Of a stretch of 64,000 bases of DNA, positions 18,981 through 28,590 are shown piece after piece. The translations under genes were made by a program, and so were the position numbers. Each line of letters begins with the position of its first letter. Within the stretch, counting starts at the first letter, position 1. The DNA comes from Promethearchaeota archaeon (GTDB lineage: Archaea > Asgardarchaeota > Lokiarchaeia > Sigyniarchaeales > SOKP01), in assembly GCA_011364925.1 (NCBI GenBank), contig RDOA01000011.1:1-64000 (forward strand), written 5' to 3'. The notes beneath the pieces were generated by a model. That model saw only the letters and a program-made list of their open reading frames with translations, was not told the DNA's origin and did not search any database.

Positions 18981-19823
18981 TTATAATAATTTATTGATGA
19001 AATCAATACTCGTCTTAATTTCCTCATTTGATGAGAGTTCAATAATTAACGCGTCTTTATAATGATGACTTCGGATGGTATCTAGAATTGCTTTGAAATT
19101 AATTTTCCCTGAACCTAGCGAAGGATGGGTATCCGACTCAACAGTATAGTTTTCAACGAGATGCACATTTTTTATGATTTTATGAAATCGTTCCCATAAC
19201 ATATCTACATTTCCATTATTAGTGTAAAAATGACTGGTATCATATGTTAGGAACAAGTCTGGTCTCCCAATTGATTCTAAGATTTGTGCTATGTTATCTT
19301 GATCCAACATAATATGCGTGTTCTTAGTCATATTTTCTAAACAAATTGTTAAATTAAGGTTTTTTGTATAATCCAGTAATTCATTAAGCGCTCGAGACAA
19401 TTGAATCGTATTGAAAACTCTTAATGACTCTAATAAAAAATTAGCTAATCCCGGATGGATTGTTATTAAATCTACATTAATCCTCTTGCACAATTTTGCA
19501 GTTGTTTTATAAGCTTCAACTGAAGCTTGAGAAATAAGATTATTGTGAGAGCACAAGTTAACATCAATAAAAGGACCGTGAACCTGCTTTTTTAATGAAT
19601 ATGAGTTTACTAGCTCAATAAATTCTTCTCTCTTAACTTCTGAATATAAATCCTGAGGATCCACAACAATCTCAACAATTTTAATCTCATTTTCTTCAGC
19701 GAACTTAAGGCATTCCTCTGTTGCGAGGTATAACATATTAGGAATATCATCATACTTACTGCTGAGACCATAATCAATAATATTACCCAAAGAACTTATT
19801 CCTAACTCCACAATTATTCTCAC
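18981..19823 (-). CDS. Sugar phosphate isomerase/epimerase (AP-endonuclease-2 TIM barrel)
   Basis: HGPFIDVNL, TIHPG, LENM, DTSH, HLxE, DTH..LGSG, IIE. Confidence 0.85.
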   Translation of the reverse strand: MRIIVELGISSLGNIIDYGLSSKYDDIPNMLYLATEECLKFAEENEIKIVEIVVDPQDLYSEVKREEFIELVNSYSLKKQVHGPFIDVNLCSHNNLISQASVEAYKTTAKLCKRINVDLITIHPGLANFLLESLRVFNTIQLSRALNELLDYTKNLNLTICLENMTKNTHIMLDQDNIAQILESIGRPDLFLTYDTSHFYTNNGNVDMLWERFHKIIKNVHLVENYTVESDTHPSLGSGKINFKAILDTIRSHHYKDALIIELSSNEEIKTSIDFINKLL

Positions 19824-19829
19824 ACCATT

Positions 19830-20504
19830 TTATGAAGATCTTAGTCTTCTAGGATAAGAAGCAAACAAGCTGGTAAACATTTTCTCGTGTTCTTCAAGAT
19901 TTTCTTCAGGGATAGCTAACGGTTCTCCGATTTGCAATGCACCCCAATATACTTTTGCCAGCTTTTCCAGGATTACAGCAAAACGTACCACATGATCCAA
20001 AGATTTACCACATACAATAGCGCCATGATTTGCTAGAATCGCTGCATTATTTCTACCTAAGGCGTTCAGTGCGCTCACTCCCATCTCTTCCGTGTGAGCT
20101 TCAGTAATTTCAGTACATCGAATTTCACCACCAAGAAAAATCAACTGTTGTTCCATTATAATTGGAATGTTTTTTCTTAGAATTGAAAGCATAGACACAT
20201 AAGGAGAATGATTATGGATAACGCATTTAACTTTAGGTCTATCCTTATATACTGCAAGATGCATTTTAACTTCAGTAGATGGAATTTTACCCGTACCTAT
20301 TACATTCCCGCTTAAATCCATGTGTACAATCAAATCAGGAGTCAATAGATCATACTTAGTTGAAGTGGGAGTCACAAGTATTTCGTTGCTATTTACCCGA
20401 ACACTGACATTACCTTCTCCATCCTCAACCAATCCTTTAGCGTAAATTTCTTGAGCTCCTCTTACAACTATTTTTCGCAATTGTTCTAATTTATCCGTTT
20501 CCAT
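19830..20504 (-). CDS. Class II aldolase/adducin family (FucA-like)
   Basis: GNVSVR, TPT, PSTEVKMH, IHNHS, LANHG Zn ligands. Confidence 0.9.
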   Translation of the reverse strand: METDKLEQLRKIVVRGAQEIYAKGLVEDGEGNVSVRVNSNEILVTPTSTKYDLLTPDLIVHMDLSGNVIGTGKIPSTEVKMHLAVYKDRPKVKCVIHNHSPYVSMLSILRKNIPIIMEQQLIFLGGEIRCTEITEAHTEEMGVSALNALGRNNAAILANHGAIVCGKSLDHVVRFAVILEKLAKVYWGALQIGEPLAIPEENLEEHEKMFTSLFASYPRRLRSS

Positions 20505-20646
20505 ATGAATTTAAATTAAGGATTGATTAAAAACATATTTTCATTGATTTATTACGAGTAACTAAATTAAAAATTCATTTTACTCCGATTTTTTATATTC
20601 TTTTTAGAAATTATAATAATGTCATAGTTCTTAGAAACGATTTAAT

Positions 20647-21735
20647 ATGAACCGGTTTATCTTACATTGCGATTTAGATTGCTTTTTTGCAGCAGTTGAG
20701 GAACGAGATAATCCAGAATATGTAGGTAAACCTATTATTATAGGAGCAGACCCAAAGGATGGTAAAGGAAGAGGAGTGGTTAGTACTTGTAATTATGAGG
20801 CTCGAAAGTTCGGACTCCACTCAGCGATGCCTATATCCCAGGCGTATAGAAAATGTCCTCATGGTATTTACCTTCATCCTAATTTTGAAAAATATCAAAA
20901 AGCATCGAAGGAAGTAATGGAGATTGTTAATTCTTATTCAGATAAATTTCAACAGGTAAGTATCGATGAAGCATATCTTGATGTATCTGATATATGCCAA
21001 GATTTTAAAGAGGTAAGAGAATTAGCTGAAAAATTAAAAAGTGAAATACAAAACAAAATAGGTATTACGATCTCAATAGGATGTGCCCCAACTAAATCTA
21101 TTGCAAAAATCGCTTCTGATTATAATAAACCGAATGGATTTACCATCGTTGAACCAAATCAAATAAATAGTTTTTTAAGTAATTTAGATATTACCCGAAT
21201 TCCTGGAATTGGAAAAAAATCTAAACAGTACTATAACAATAAAGGAATCAAAACTATTGGTGATATTACTAATCTAACGCGCTCTCAGATGGAACATTTA
21301 TTTGGGAAAAACGGGGAATGGGTATGGAATGTTGCACATGGCTTTGATACTCGGGAAGTAAAGGAATTTAGTGGCGATAGGAAATCTATAAGTAAGGAAA
21401 GAACTTTTTATGAGGATACTGATGATCTCAATGTGATTATATCAAAGCTTGAAGATATTAATAATAGATTGCATGATATTATAGTTAAAAATAAGATATA
21501 TTATAAAACGGTAACTCTCAAGATAAGATTTAAGGGATTTTTAACGTATACTCGTTCAAAATCCTTTCCTCATCATGTTCAAGATAAAAGCCAAGCGTTA
21601 AAAGTAATTATTGAACTATTGAATCAATTTTCAAATGAAAATAAGAAAGTCAGGCTTGTTGGAATAAAGTTATCAAATTTAGAAAAAGCTCTGAATTTCT
21701 CCCAAACTACTATAATAAGTTATTTAGAAGTTTAA
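20647..21735 (+). CDS. dinB: Y-family DNA polymerase IV (DinB/Dbh)
   Basis: HCDLDCFFAAVE, CNYEARKFG, SIDEAYLD, KPNG, C-terminal PIP-like QTTIISY. Confidence 0.95.
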   Translation: MNRFILHCDLDCFFAAVEERDNPEYVGKPIIIGADPKDGKGRGVVSTCNYEARKFGLHSAMPISQAYRKCPHGIYLHPNFEKYQKASKEVMEIVNSYSDKFQQVSIDEAYLDVSDICQDFKEVRELAEKLKSEIQNKIGITISIGCAPTKSIAKIASDYNKPNGFTIVEPNQINSFLSNLDITRIPGIGKKSKQYYNNKGIKTIGDITNLTRSQMEHLFGKNGEWVWNVAHGFDTREVKEFSGDRKSISKERTFYEDTDDLNVIISKLEDINNRLHDIIVKNKIYYKTVTLKIRFKGFLTYTRSKSFPHHVQDKSQALKVIIELLNQFSNENKKVRLVGIKLSNLEKALNFSQTTIISYLEV

Positions 21736-21745
21736 ATTAAAGTAA

Positions 21746-22687
21746 TTAGCTATTCTCAAGAACGTTACTAGATTGTAATGCTTGTATTAAATCATTGTGC
21801 ATAAGTCCATTCGAGGCAATAAGACCGGGGGCAGAAACAATGCATTTTTCATCTATGTATTTAATAGATTCACCTTTTAAATCAGTTATCATGCCACCAG
21901 CTTCTCTAACCAATAAATCTCCCGGCAGAAAGTCCCAAGTATATGAATGTTGAATGTTTAAAGGTTTAACATAAATTTCAGCTGAACCATCTGCTATCAT
22001 ACACAATTTAGCCATACTATCCATCCGAATGTAACTTGAAATACCAATCGAATTAGCAAATTCCAACACCCATGGTTTATTGTAATGTAGAGAATAACAC
22101 ATGCGAAACTTCTTTATATCTTCATTACTACTTACTTTTAATTTAGTAAAGGCAAGGTCACCAAACGATACCCTCGCTCCTTGATTTTTTTCAGCTGCAA
22201 ATATAGCTAATTTCATATCTTTATAATTAGGAACACCAATAGCACATATTTTTGGTTCAAAACCAATCATAAATCCAATTCCTATAGCATATGCTAAATC
22301 TTCCTGAAAACCCTTGGTACCATCAATAGGATCGACTGTCCACTGGCGATTAGAGCTTGGACCGCGGTAATTTAGCATTTCTTCTAAATCTCCTTCAAAC
22401 TGGACCTGATTTGATTTATAACATCTCTTTATTAATTCTTCAATTTTTGGATTAAAAAAGTCGCCACTTTCCTCTTCAGCGATAATTTGGTCGTTAGGAA
22501 AATTTTTCCTAATTTCAGATATTATTAAAATCTGAGACGCAAAATCTGCTAATGTGACGGGGGAATCATCTTTCTTTATATACGATGAAGAATGTTTGAT
22601 TTTAAACCATTCTGTAATTTTGGCAGCAATTTCTACTAAATTAATGGCTAAAGAGGATTCTCTGCTATAGTCAACCATAGATATCAA
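21746..22687 (-). CDS. HAL2/MET22/SAL1-like 3'(2'),5'-bisphosphate nucleotidase (inositol monophosphatase superfamily)
   Basis: KxDxSPVTLADFASQ, IAEE, DPIDGTKGF, RMDSMAK, WD..G..LVREAGG. Confidence 0.82.
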   Translation of the reverse strand: MISMVDYSRESSLAINLVEIAAKITEWFKIKHSSSYIKKDDSPVTLADFASQILIISEIRKNFPNDQIIAEEESGDFFNPKIEELIKRCYKSNQVQFEGDLEEMLNYRGPSSNRQWTVDPIDGTKGFQEDLAYAIGIGFMIGFEPKICAIGVPNYKDMKLAIFAAEKNQGARVSFGDLAFTKLKVSSNEDIKKFRMCYSLHYNKPWVLEFANSIGISSYIRMDSMAKLCMIADGSAEIYVKPLNIQHSYTWDFLPGDLLVREAGGMITDLKGESIKYIDEKCIVSAPGLIASNGLMHNDLIQALQSSNVLENS

Positions 22688-22729
22688 CTTTTTTTTATAA
22701 AGAAACTTGGATTTATGATCATGTCAAAG

Positions 22730-24415
22730 TTAGATTTTTTTAGAATCTTTAAAAAGATCAAAAACATCCATTTCATAATCAATTGTGTCTTCAGGGAGGA
22801 GAGAAGGCTCTTTAATTAATTTCGCTAAATAATAAATTTTAGATCCCCTTTCTAAATATCGTAACACAGTGTAGGCACCTTCTAAATGACTCCCACAGCA
22901 TAAACTTCCATGGTTTGCGAGAATTACAGCATTTCTCTCTTCTAAACTTGCAAGCACATTCTCAGCTAAATCTAGACTCCCCGCTTCTCCATATTTTGCA
23001 CATTTTACTTCTCCTCCTAAGTAAGGAACAAGTTCTTCCATTACGGGAGGTAAAGTTAAATTGAGAGTGCTAAGTATTGTTGAAAATACACCATGAGAGT
23101 GGATTATCGCATTGACATCTTCACGTTCTTTATAAATGCCTAGATGGAGATTCTTTTCTACTGATGGATTTCTTTCCCCTTCAATAACTTTACCATCTAG
23201 ATTTATAATTAAAATGTCACTCGATACCATTTCTTCATAATTTACATTACTAGGCGTAATCAATACCATTTCTTCGTTCTCTCTTCTTATTCTCATGCTC
23301 ACATTTCCCGCCGATCCAATAACATGACTATCATCTAGTAATCTTTTACAAATCCTTACAATTTCTTCTTTGCATTTTTTGATTGACTCATCCAATGGCT
23401 CCTTTTTTTCTTTATATTCTTCAAAAACTTCAGGATTTAACACATGTGAAGGAATTCCTTTATTTAACCAAGTTTCAATATCAGCAAGGAGCATTTTTGA
23501 TTGTCTCTGTATAACCTCGTTTGTATTTCCACAAACATGAGGCAATACTATGACATTATCTAATTTTAAAAACTCATTATCTTCATCAATAGGTTCTAAG
23601 GGAAAGACATCTAATGCCGCTCCAGCAATATCTCTATTTTTTAGAGCTTGGAATAAGTAATCGTAGTCTACTAAGCTTGCTTTCGCAGTGTTTATTAAAA
23701 ATGCTGTTTGCTTCATCATATTTATATATTCTTCATTAATTAAATTATCATTCTCGTCAGTTGCAACAGCATGAATAGTGATAAAATCGGACTCTTTCAT
23801 TAACATATCCAAGTCTGTTTTCTCACCGTATTTTTCAACAATTTCATCTGAAACTAACGGATCGTAAATGAGTAGCTTAACTCCAAATGGCTTTAAGCGT
23901 TCAGCAACTCGATGTCCTATTTGACCAAAACCAATAATTCCAATTGTCTTATCCATTAGTTCACTCCCCATAAACCTATTATAACATTTAATCCAATCTT
24001 CGAATTCAATTATTTCAAAATCATCAGAATGCAAAAACTTATCAACTTGAGTCAAATTTCTCGCTAAAGATATTATTAATCCTATTGTTAACTCAGCAAC
24101 CGCAACAACATTCCTAAGAGGAGTATAAATAACAGGGATTTTTTTGTGTGTGGCAGCCTCTAAATTAATATTAAATGGATCGCCTCTGCAAGATCCAATC
24201 AATTTTAAATTAGTGCTTTCAAATAATTCAGCCTTTTTTAAATCATCTGCAACCGTAATAAAAATATCATAGTCTTTTAACTTTTCAATCATTTCATTAA
24301 CATCAAAATAAATAATACCAGTTTCTCTCCAGCTCTCATATGTAATATCTAATTTCGTTTCCAATTTTTCTAAAACATCATCAGATATACTTGCAGTAAT
24401 AAATGCTCTCATCAC
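22730..24415 (-). CDS. Fusion of a D-isomer 2-hydroxyacid dehydrogenase (YoaD-like) and a class II aldolase
   Basis: N-terminal CRGDP, RNxxAVAE, GFGQIG, LDVFxxEP, PHxxG; C-terminal GNVS, TPS, PSVE..LH, IHSH, NHG. Confidence 0.9.
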   Translation of the reverse strand: MMRAFITASISDDVLEKLETKLDITYESWRETGIIYFDVNEMIEKLKDYDIFITVADDLKKAELFESTNLKLIGSCRGDPFNINLEAATHKKIPVIYTPLRNVVAVAELTIGLIISLARNLTQVDKFLHSDDFEIIEFEDWIKCYNRFMGSELMDKTIGIIGFGQIGHRVAERLKPFGVKLLIYDPLVSDEIVEKYGEKTDLDMLMKESDFITIHAVATDENDNLINEEYINMMKQTAFLINTAKASLVDYDYLFQALKNRDIAGAALDVFPLEPIDEDNEFLKLDNVIVLPHVCGNTNEVIQRQSKMLLADIETWLNKGIPSHVLNPEVFEEYKEKKEPLDESIKKCKEEIVRICKRLLDDSHVIGSAGNVSMRIRRENEEMVLITPSNVNYEEMVSSDILIINLDGKVIEGERNPSVEKNLHLGIYKEREDVNAIIHSHGVFSTILSTLNLTLPPVMEELVPYLGGEVKCAKYGEAGSLDLAENVLASLEERNAVILANHGSLCCGSHLEGAYTVLRYLERGSKIYYLAKLIKEPSLLPEDTIDYEMDVFDLFKDSKKI

Positions 24416-24512
24416 TTCTCACCTCATTAAATAATATAAAGCAAATTTAGATAAAGATTAATAAAAATCAAATAATGAAATTGTGAATCAATAAAAAAAT
24501 AATTGAATTTTC

Positions 24513-24863
24513 TTAGAACATCAAGCTTTTTAACTTCATTAAATTCCGAATTTGACCTTCAACAACCTTAATTTTTCCAGAAGAATAGGCTTTTACTGCT
24601 CCAAGCTTTTTATTAAATAGTTCTAACATAATCTTTTCTGAAGAAAATTCAATTTTTACGGGAGCTTTTTCATCACTAGTATTATCCTTTACCTCAATTC
24701 CTTGATCGTTATGTACTAGAATCATTACATTTCGATTAGTATCTAAGAATGTTACCTGTATCGGTTCCTCGTAATTGGCTAATTTTTTTCTAATTTTTTC
24801 AGTATTATTATAACGGTTCTCAATTTCTTTTAAGCAAGCTTCTATACTATTAAACTCCGACAT
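24513..24863 (-). CDS. SCP2 sterol/lipid-carrier domain protein
   Basis: 116 aa; LFNKKLGAVKAYSSGKIKVVEG…LMKL is the typical SCP2 C-terminal signature. Confidence 0.78.
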   Translation of the reverse strand: MSEFNSIEACLKEIENRYNNTEKIRKKLANYEEPIQVTFLDTNRNVMILVHNDQGIEVKDNTSDEKAPVKIEFSSEKIMLELFNKKLGAVKAYSSGKIKVVEGQIRNLMKLKSLMF

Positions 24864-24951
24864 TACATCACACCCCTATAATACTAATTTAACTTTTAAA
24901 TGAATTAATTATCTTTCGTTTTTAAAATTAAATAAATTAAATAATTTAAAG

Positions 24952-26475
24952 TTATAATGTATCAACTTTATTTTTAAGGTTCTTCCATTCAATATAAACA
25001 GATTTATAAATCTCCGAAATGCTATGGTCATTTTTTATTTTCTCATAAGTAATTAGATCCTTAACCATAGGCTTGTAATCTGAATAAACATTTAACGCCT
25101 TCAAAACATTCATAGCAACACCAATAAAAGCCGATTCTTTTATTAATGGAACTAGTAATTCCGAATCTAATATATTCGCTAACAATTGGTTAAATTCTTT
25201 TGATTTAGACATTCCTCCTGCACAAAATGGTTTTGTATCGAAATCAACAAAGCTATTAAGTGCTTCATAATTTTCATATAATCCAAAAGCGATATTTTCA
25301 AGAATACTTCTCGCAAAATCCTCAATGTTCGGTAGCTCATCAGAAACCATCATTGGAGGTTGAAATGCGAATATACCTCTCTTTATTGAAGTCTGATTTT
25401 TAATATTCATATTTTCAGGTCCCAAATAAGCGTAAGTGGATAAAGCTCCTGGTGAAGATTTCTTCAAATATGTGTCCATCAGTAAATCGGGATTGTCATT
25501 TGAATTGGAGAGAAAACATTGCTTAAACCAATTATATGAAGCTCCTGTGTTTCCAGCGTGCCCTTCCAATAACCATTTTCCTTTTAGTGAATGACAAGAT
25601 GTCCAATAATTGCACGAGGCATCAATTATTGGCTCATTTAGTACAAGATCAATAGGGGCTGTTGTACCTAAACTGAATCCAATATCTCCTTGTTCAATTG
25701 CCCCCATACCTAACAATGTTGCTTGTGTATCTCCACCTGATTTTACTACGGGAATAGTACCTTGATTAAGATTAAATTTTTTAGCCATCTCAAGTTTTAA
25801 TTGACCAACTACAGTTCCAGATTCGACTATATCTGGGAAGAAATCTGGATTGAAATCAAAAGCTTGTATAATTTCACTACTCCATTCTCTCTTTTTTATA
25901 TCTAATAATTGAGATTCTGCTGCAGCAGAAAAATCACTAACATAGATTCCAGTAAGTTTGTATACCAACCAATCATCTAACGCTAGGACTTTTCCTATTT
26001 TATCATAGGTTTCTTCCTCCTCTTCTCTAAACCATAACAACCTTGCTAGGCAAAATAAAAAAGAAGGACAATGACCAGTTATATCAAACAGATCTCGCTC
26101 TATAAATTCGTTCTCTATTAAATACGCGGAATCTATTCCACGAATATCTATATTTGGGCCCCCGTAAAGTACTTTTCCCTTCTTGTCTAAAAATACTGAC
26201 GCCATCCTTTGAGCGCAAGTTGATATTCCTATAACTTTGGAATTTTGATTCGTAATTTTAGAAATTGCTTGGTTTACTCCTAAAATTAATTTGTTCCAAA
26301 GATCCTCAATGTCAAATCTTTTAGCAAAACCATCTAGATCTTCGTTAAAGATTTTAATAGTTTGACTGTTGGTATGAATTAATTTTAAATCTTCTGAAAC
26401 TAAACCAACTTTCACGGAATTAGATGAAACATCGATTACGATGATAAAATTTCCATTATTTTCCATAGTTTTCAC
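24952..26475 (-). CDS. FGGY-family carbohydrate kinase (YoaC/LsrK-like)
   Basis: IDxSSNSVK, AQR, PNIDIRG, RLLWFRE, GGDTQ, LGTT, GGMSKS. Confidence 0.88.
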   Translation of the reverse strand: MKTMENNGNFIIVIDVSSNSVKVGLVSEDLKLIHTNSQTIKIFNEDLDGFAKRFDIEDLWNKLILGVNQAISKITNQNSKVIGISTCAQRMASVFLDKKGKVLYGGPNIDIRGIDSAYLIENEFIERDLFDITGHCPSFLFCLARLLWFREEEEETYDKIGKVLALDDWLVYKLTGIYVSDFSAAAESQLLDIKKREWSSEIIQAFDFNPDFFPDIVESGTVVGQLKLEMAKKFNLNQGTIPVVKSGGDTQATLLGMGAIEQGDIGFSLGTTAPIDLVLNEPIIDASCNYWTSCHSLKGKWLLEGHAGNTGASYNWFKQCFLSNSNDNPDLLMDTYLKKSSPGALSTYAYLGPENMNIKNQTSIKRGIFAFQPPMMVSDELPNIEDFARSILENIAFGLYENYEALNSFVDFDTKPFCAGGMSKSKEFNQLLANILDSELLVPLIKESAFIGVAMNVLKALNVYSDYKPMVKDLITYEKIKNDHSISEIYKSVYIEWKNLKNKVDTL

Positions 26476-26492
26476 TAGTTACAACTTCAAAA

Positions 26493-27146
26493 TTAGGATG
26501 AAGTTAGGTATTTCCGGACAACTTTTCCTCTTGGAGATTCCTCTTCAAACAATATTGCTTGAAAAGAATAAATTTTTGTACTTTTTATATCTCTCCACGC
26601 ATCGGGTGAAAGCCATGCTTTAGAACAAGTATGTTGCAAGAAAGTTTCCACATCCCAATTCCTATCATAGTCAACAGGCACCTGTGGAAGTAATAATCCT
26701 CTACGCATACCTCTCTCTGCTATCAATCCATCTCGACCTATTACGATTTTTTCAATATACTCGCTCGGATCACTTACTTCTATTAATTTAGGAGGAGTTA
26801 ATATCGAAATTTCAATAATAATGTTATTCATTTCTTCAAGAGTAACTGGTGAAAAGCGTGAATCTTCTATAGCTGAGCTAACTGAAACCTTATGAACAAC
26901 ATCATATAAGGGGAAATTAGGCTCGATATACCCTATGCAACCTCTTAAAGGATTTCCTTTAATATTATGAACATTTAAAGTTACAAATGCACCATAGTTG
27001 TCTTTAAACTTATTCTTTAAATCGTCAGGGATTGTTATTCTTTTACTATTCTTAAGGAAAAATTCGATGTTATCTCTTGCAAATTTAATTAGAGTTCTAC
27101 CATCCTCTAATGAAAATAAATCATTTTCTATCATACTTCCATTCAC
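26493..27146 (-). CDS. AMMECR1/AmmeMemoRadiSam protein A (TIGR00296)
   Basis: GAFVTL, LRGCIG, DSRF, EISILTPP, GRDGL, GLLLPQV. Confidence 0.93.
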   Translation of the reverse strand: MNGSMIENDLFSLEDGRTLIKFARDNIEFFLKNSKRITIPDDLKNKFKDNYGAFVTLNVHNIKGNPLRGCIGYIEPNFPLYDVVHKVSVSSAIEDSRFSPVTLEEMNNIIIEISILTPPKLIEVSDPSEYIEKIVIGRDGLIAERGMRRGLLLPQVPVDYDRNWDVETFLQHTCSKAWLSPDAWRDIKSTKIYSFQAILFEEESPRGKVVRKYLTSS

Positions 27147-27195
27147 CGAAAACAGTTTCAGTATATAATAGTAGATGGTTAACTTTAATATTAAC

Positions 27196-28590
27196 TTAAT
27201 GAGATTGCTTTAATATTTTACCATGAAATTCAGTATTATCATTATTTATTTCTAATCCACTTAGAAACACTTTCCATATATGAACCATGGTTTTATAATC
27301 CTCAAATGGAGTAAATTTTGCTTTTGTTTTGAAAACTTCCGAGTTAATAGGAGATTCTGGAATTTTTTCAACTACGATTAAATCCGCGTCATAACCTTCC
27401 TTGATAAAACCTTTATTTCTTAGGTTAAATATTTCAGCAGGATTTTCTGAGGCAACATTTACAAATACATTCAAGGACAATTCATTTCTAAAAACTTTAT
27501 CCAATATAGTTAGGGGGTAGGTTTCAAAACCCGGAAATCCTGAAGGTGCGTTAATATATTTCTGTGCTTTCTCTTTTTGTGTGTGAGGGGCGTGATCTGT
27601 CCCAATTAAATTTATTCTTCCCCTTTTTAGTTCTTTAAATAAAAATAATGAGTGTTCTTTATCTCTTAATGGAGGTAGAACTTTCCCATAATTAGGATTG
27701 CTTAATTGTAAAGTATTATCTAATAATATATGGTGTGGAGTTGATTCGAATGTAATTTTTAAGTTTGGCTTCATATCTAATGCTTTTTGTATTAAAGAAA
27801 AACTATCAATGCAACTAATGTGACAAAAATGAATAATTGGATAATTCGCTGCGCTTAAATCTAAATCTGTTATTATTTTATAATAATTGTCTAAAATAAA
27901 GTTCACATATTTAGCCTCTAAAGAGACAGGATACATCATATTGTGTACTTCTAGAATTGGTAAGTTATTCAACTTACCATTATTAAATATTTCATTCTTC
28001 CCTTCAGGAGATATAGGCCAATCTGGATGTATAAAAATAGGAATTTGCATATTAGAGGAGATATTTAGGAGTTTTTGAACATTTAAATAATTTGTCCAAT
28101 CTATTCCGTTTAAAGAATCTAATGGATAAATCTTGAAACCAAAAACGCCTAATTGAATAATCGAAATAATTTCTTCTAGATTTATTTCATTAGGAACTCC
28201 TGCTATAAAACCTACATTAATTTTTATTTTATTTTCTGCTTCTTTCATCCATTTTTTAACTTGTTTTGCGTTTATAGCTGGTGGAACTGTATTGGGCATG
28301 TTAAAAACTGTTGTAATACCAGAAAACGCTGCTGCTAAGGTTCCAGATGAAAATGTCTCTTTTTCACTCTGTCCTAAATCTCTTAAATGTGAATGAATAT
28401 CAATTATGCCGGGTAAAATTATTCTTTTTTCGCAATCTGTTACAATCCCATCTTTATTCTTGCTGAGAATTGATTCCATGGCGTTTTCGATCTTATCATT
28501 TATTATAGATATGATTTTACCATCAATGATAAGTAAAGCTCCATCTTGGAGTGAACCATTTACATATATAATTGCGTTTTTTAATATCAT
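27196..28590 (-). CDS. pyrC: Dihydroorotase
   Basis: PGIIDIHSHLRD, MPNTVP, HIS, TPHH, PPLR, TDHAPH. Confidence 0.85.
   Translation of the reverse strand: MILKNAIIYVNGSLQDGALLIIDGKIISIINDKIENAMESILSKNKDGIVTDCEKRIILPGIIDIHSHLRDLGQSEKETFSSGTLAAAFSGITTVFNMPNTVPPAINAKQVKKWMKEAENKIKINVGFIAGVPNEINLEEIISIIQLGVFGFKIYPLDSLNGIDWTNYLNVQKLLNISSNMQIPIFIHPDWPISPEGKNEIFNNGKLNNLPILEVHNMMYPVSLEAKYVNFILDNYYKIITDLDLSAANYPIIHFCHISCIDSFSLIQKALDMKPNLKITFESTPHHILLDNTLQLSNPNYGKVLPPLRDKEHSLFLFKELKRGRINLIGTDHAPHTQKEKAQKYINAPSGFPGFETYPLTILDKVFRNELSLNVFVNVASENPAEIFNLRNKGFIKEGYDADLIVVEKIPESPINSEVFKTKAKFTPFEDYKTMVHIWKVFLSGLEINNDNTEFHGKILKQSH

Noticed and set aside
26493-27146. AmmeMemoRadiSam system
   Set aside because: Only protein A is present; no Memo or partner radical SAM gene in the window.
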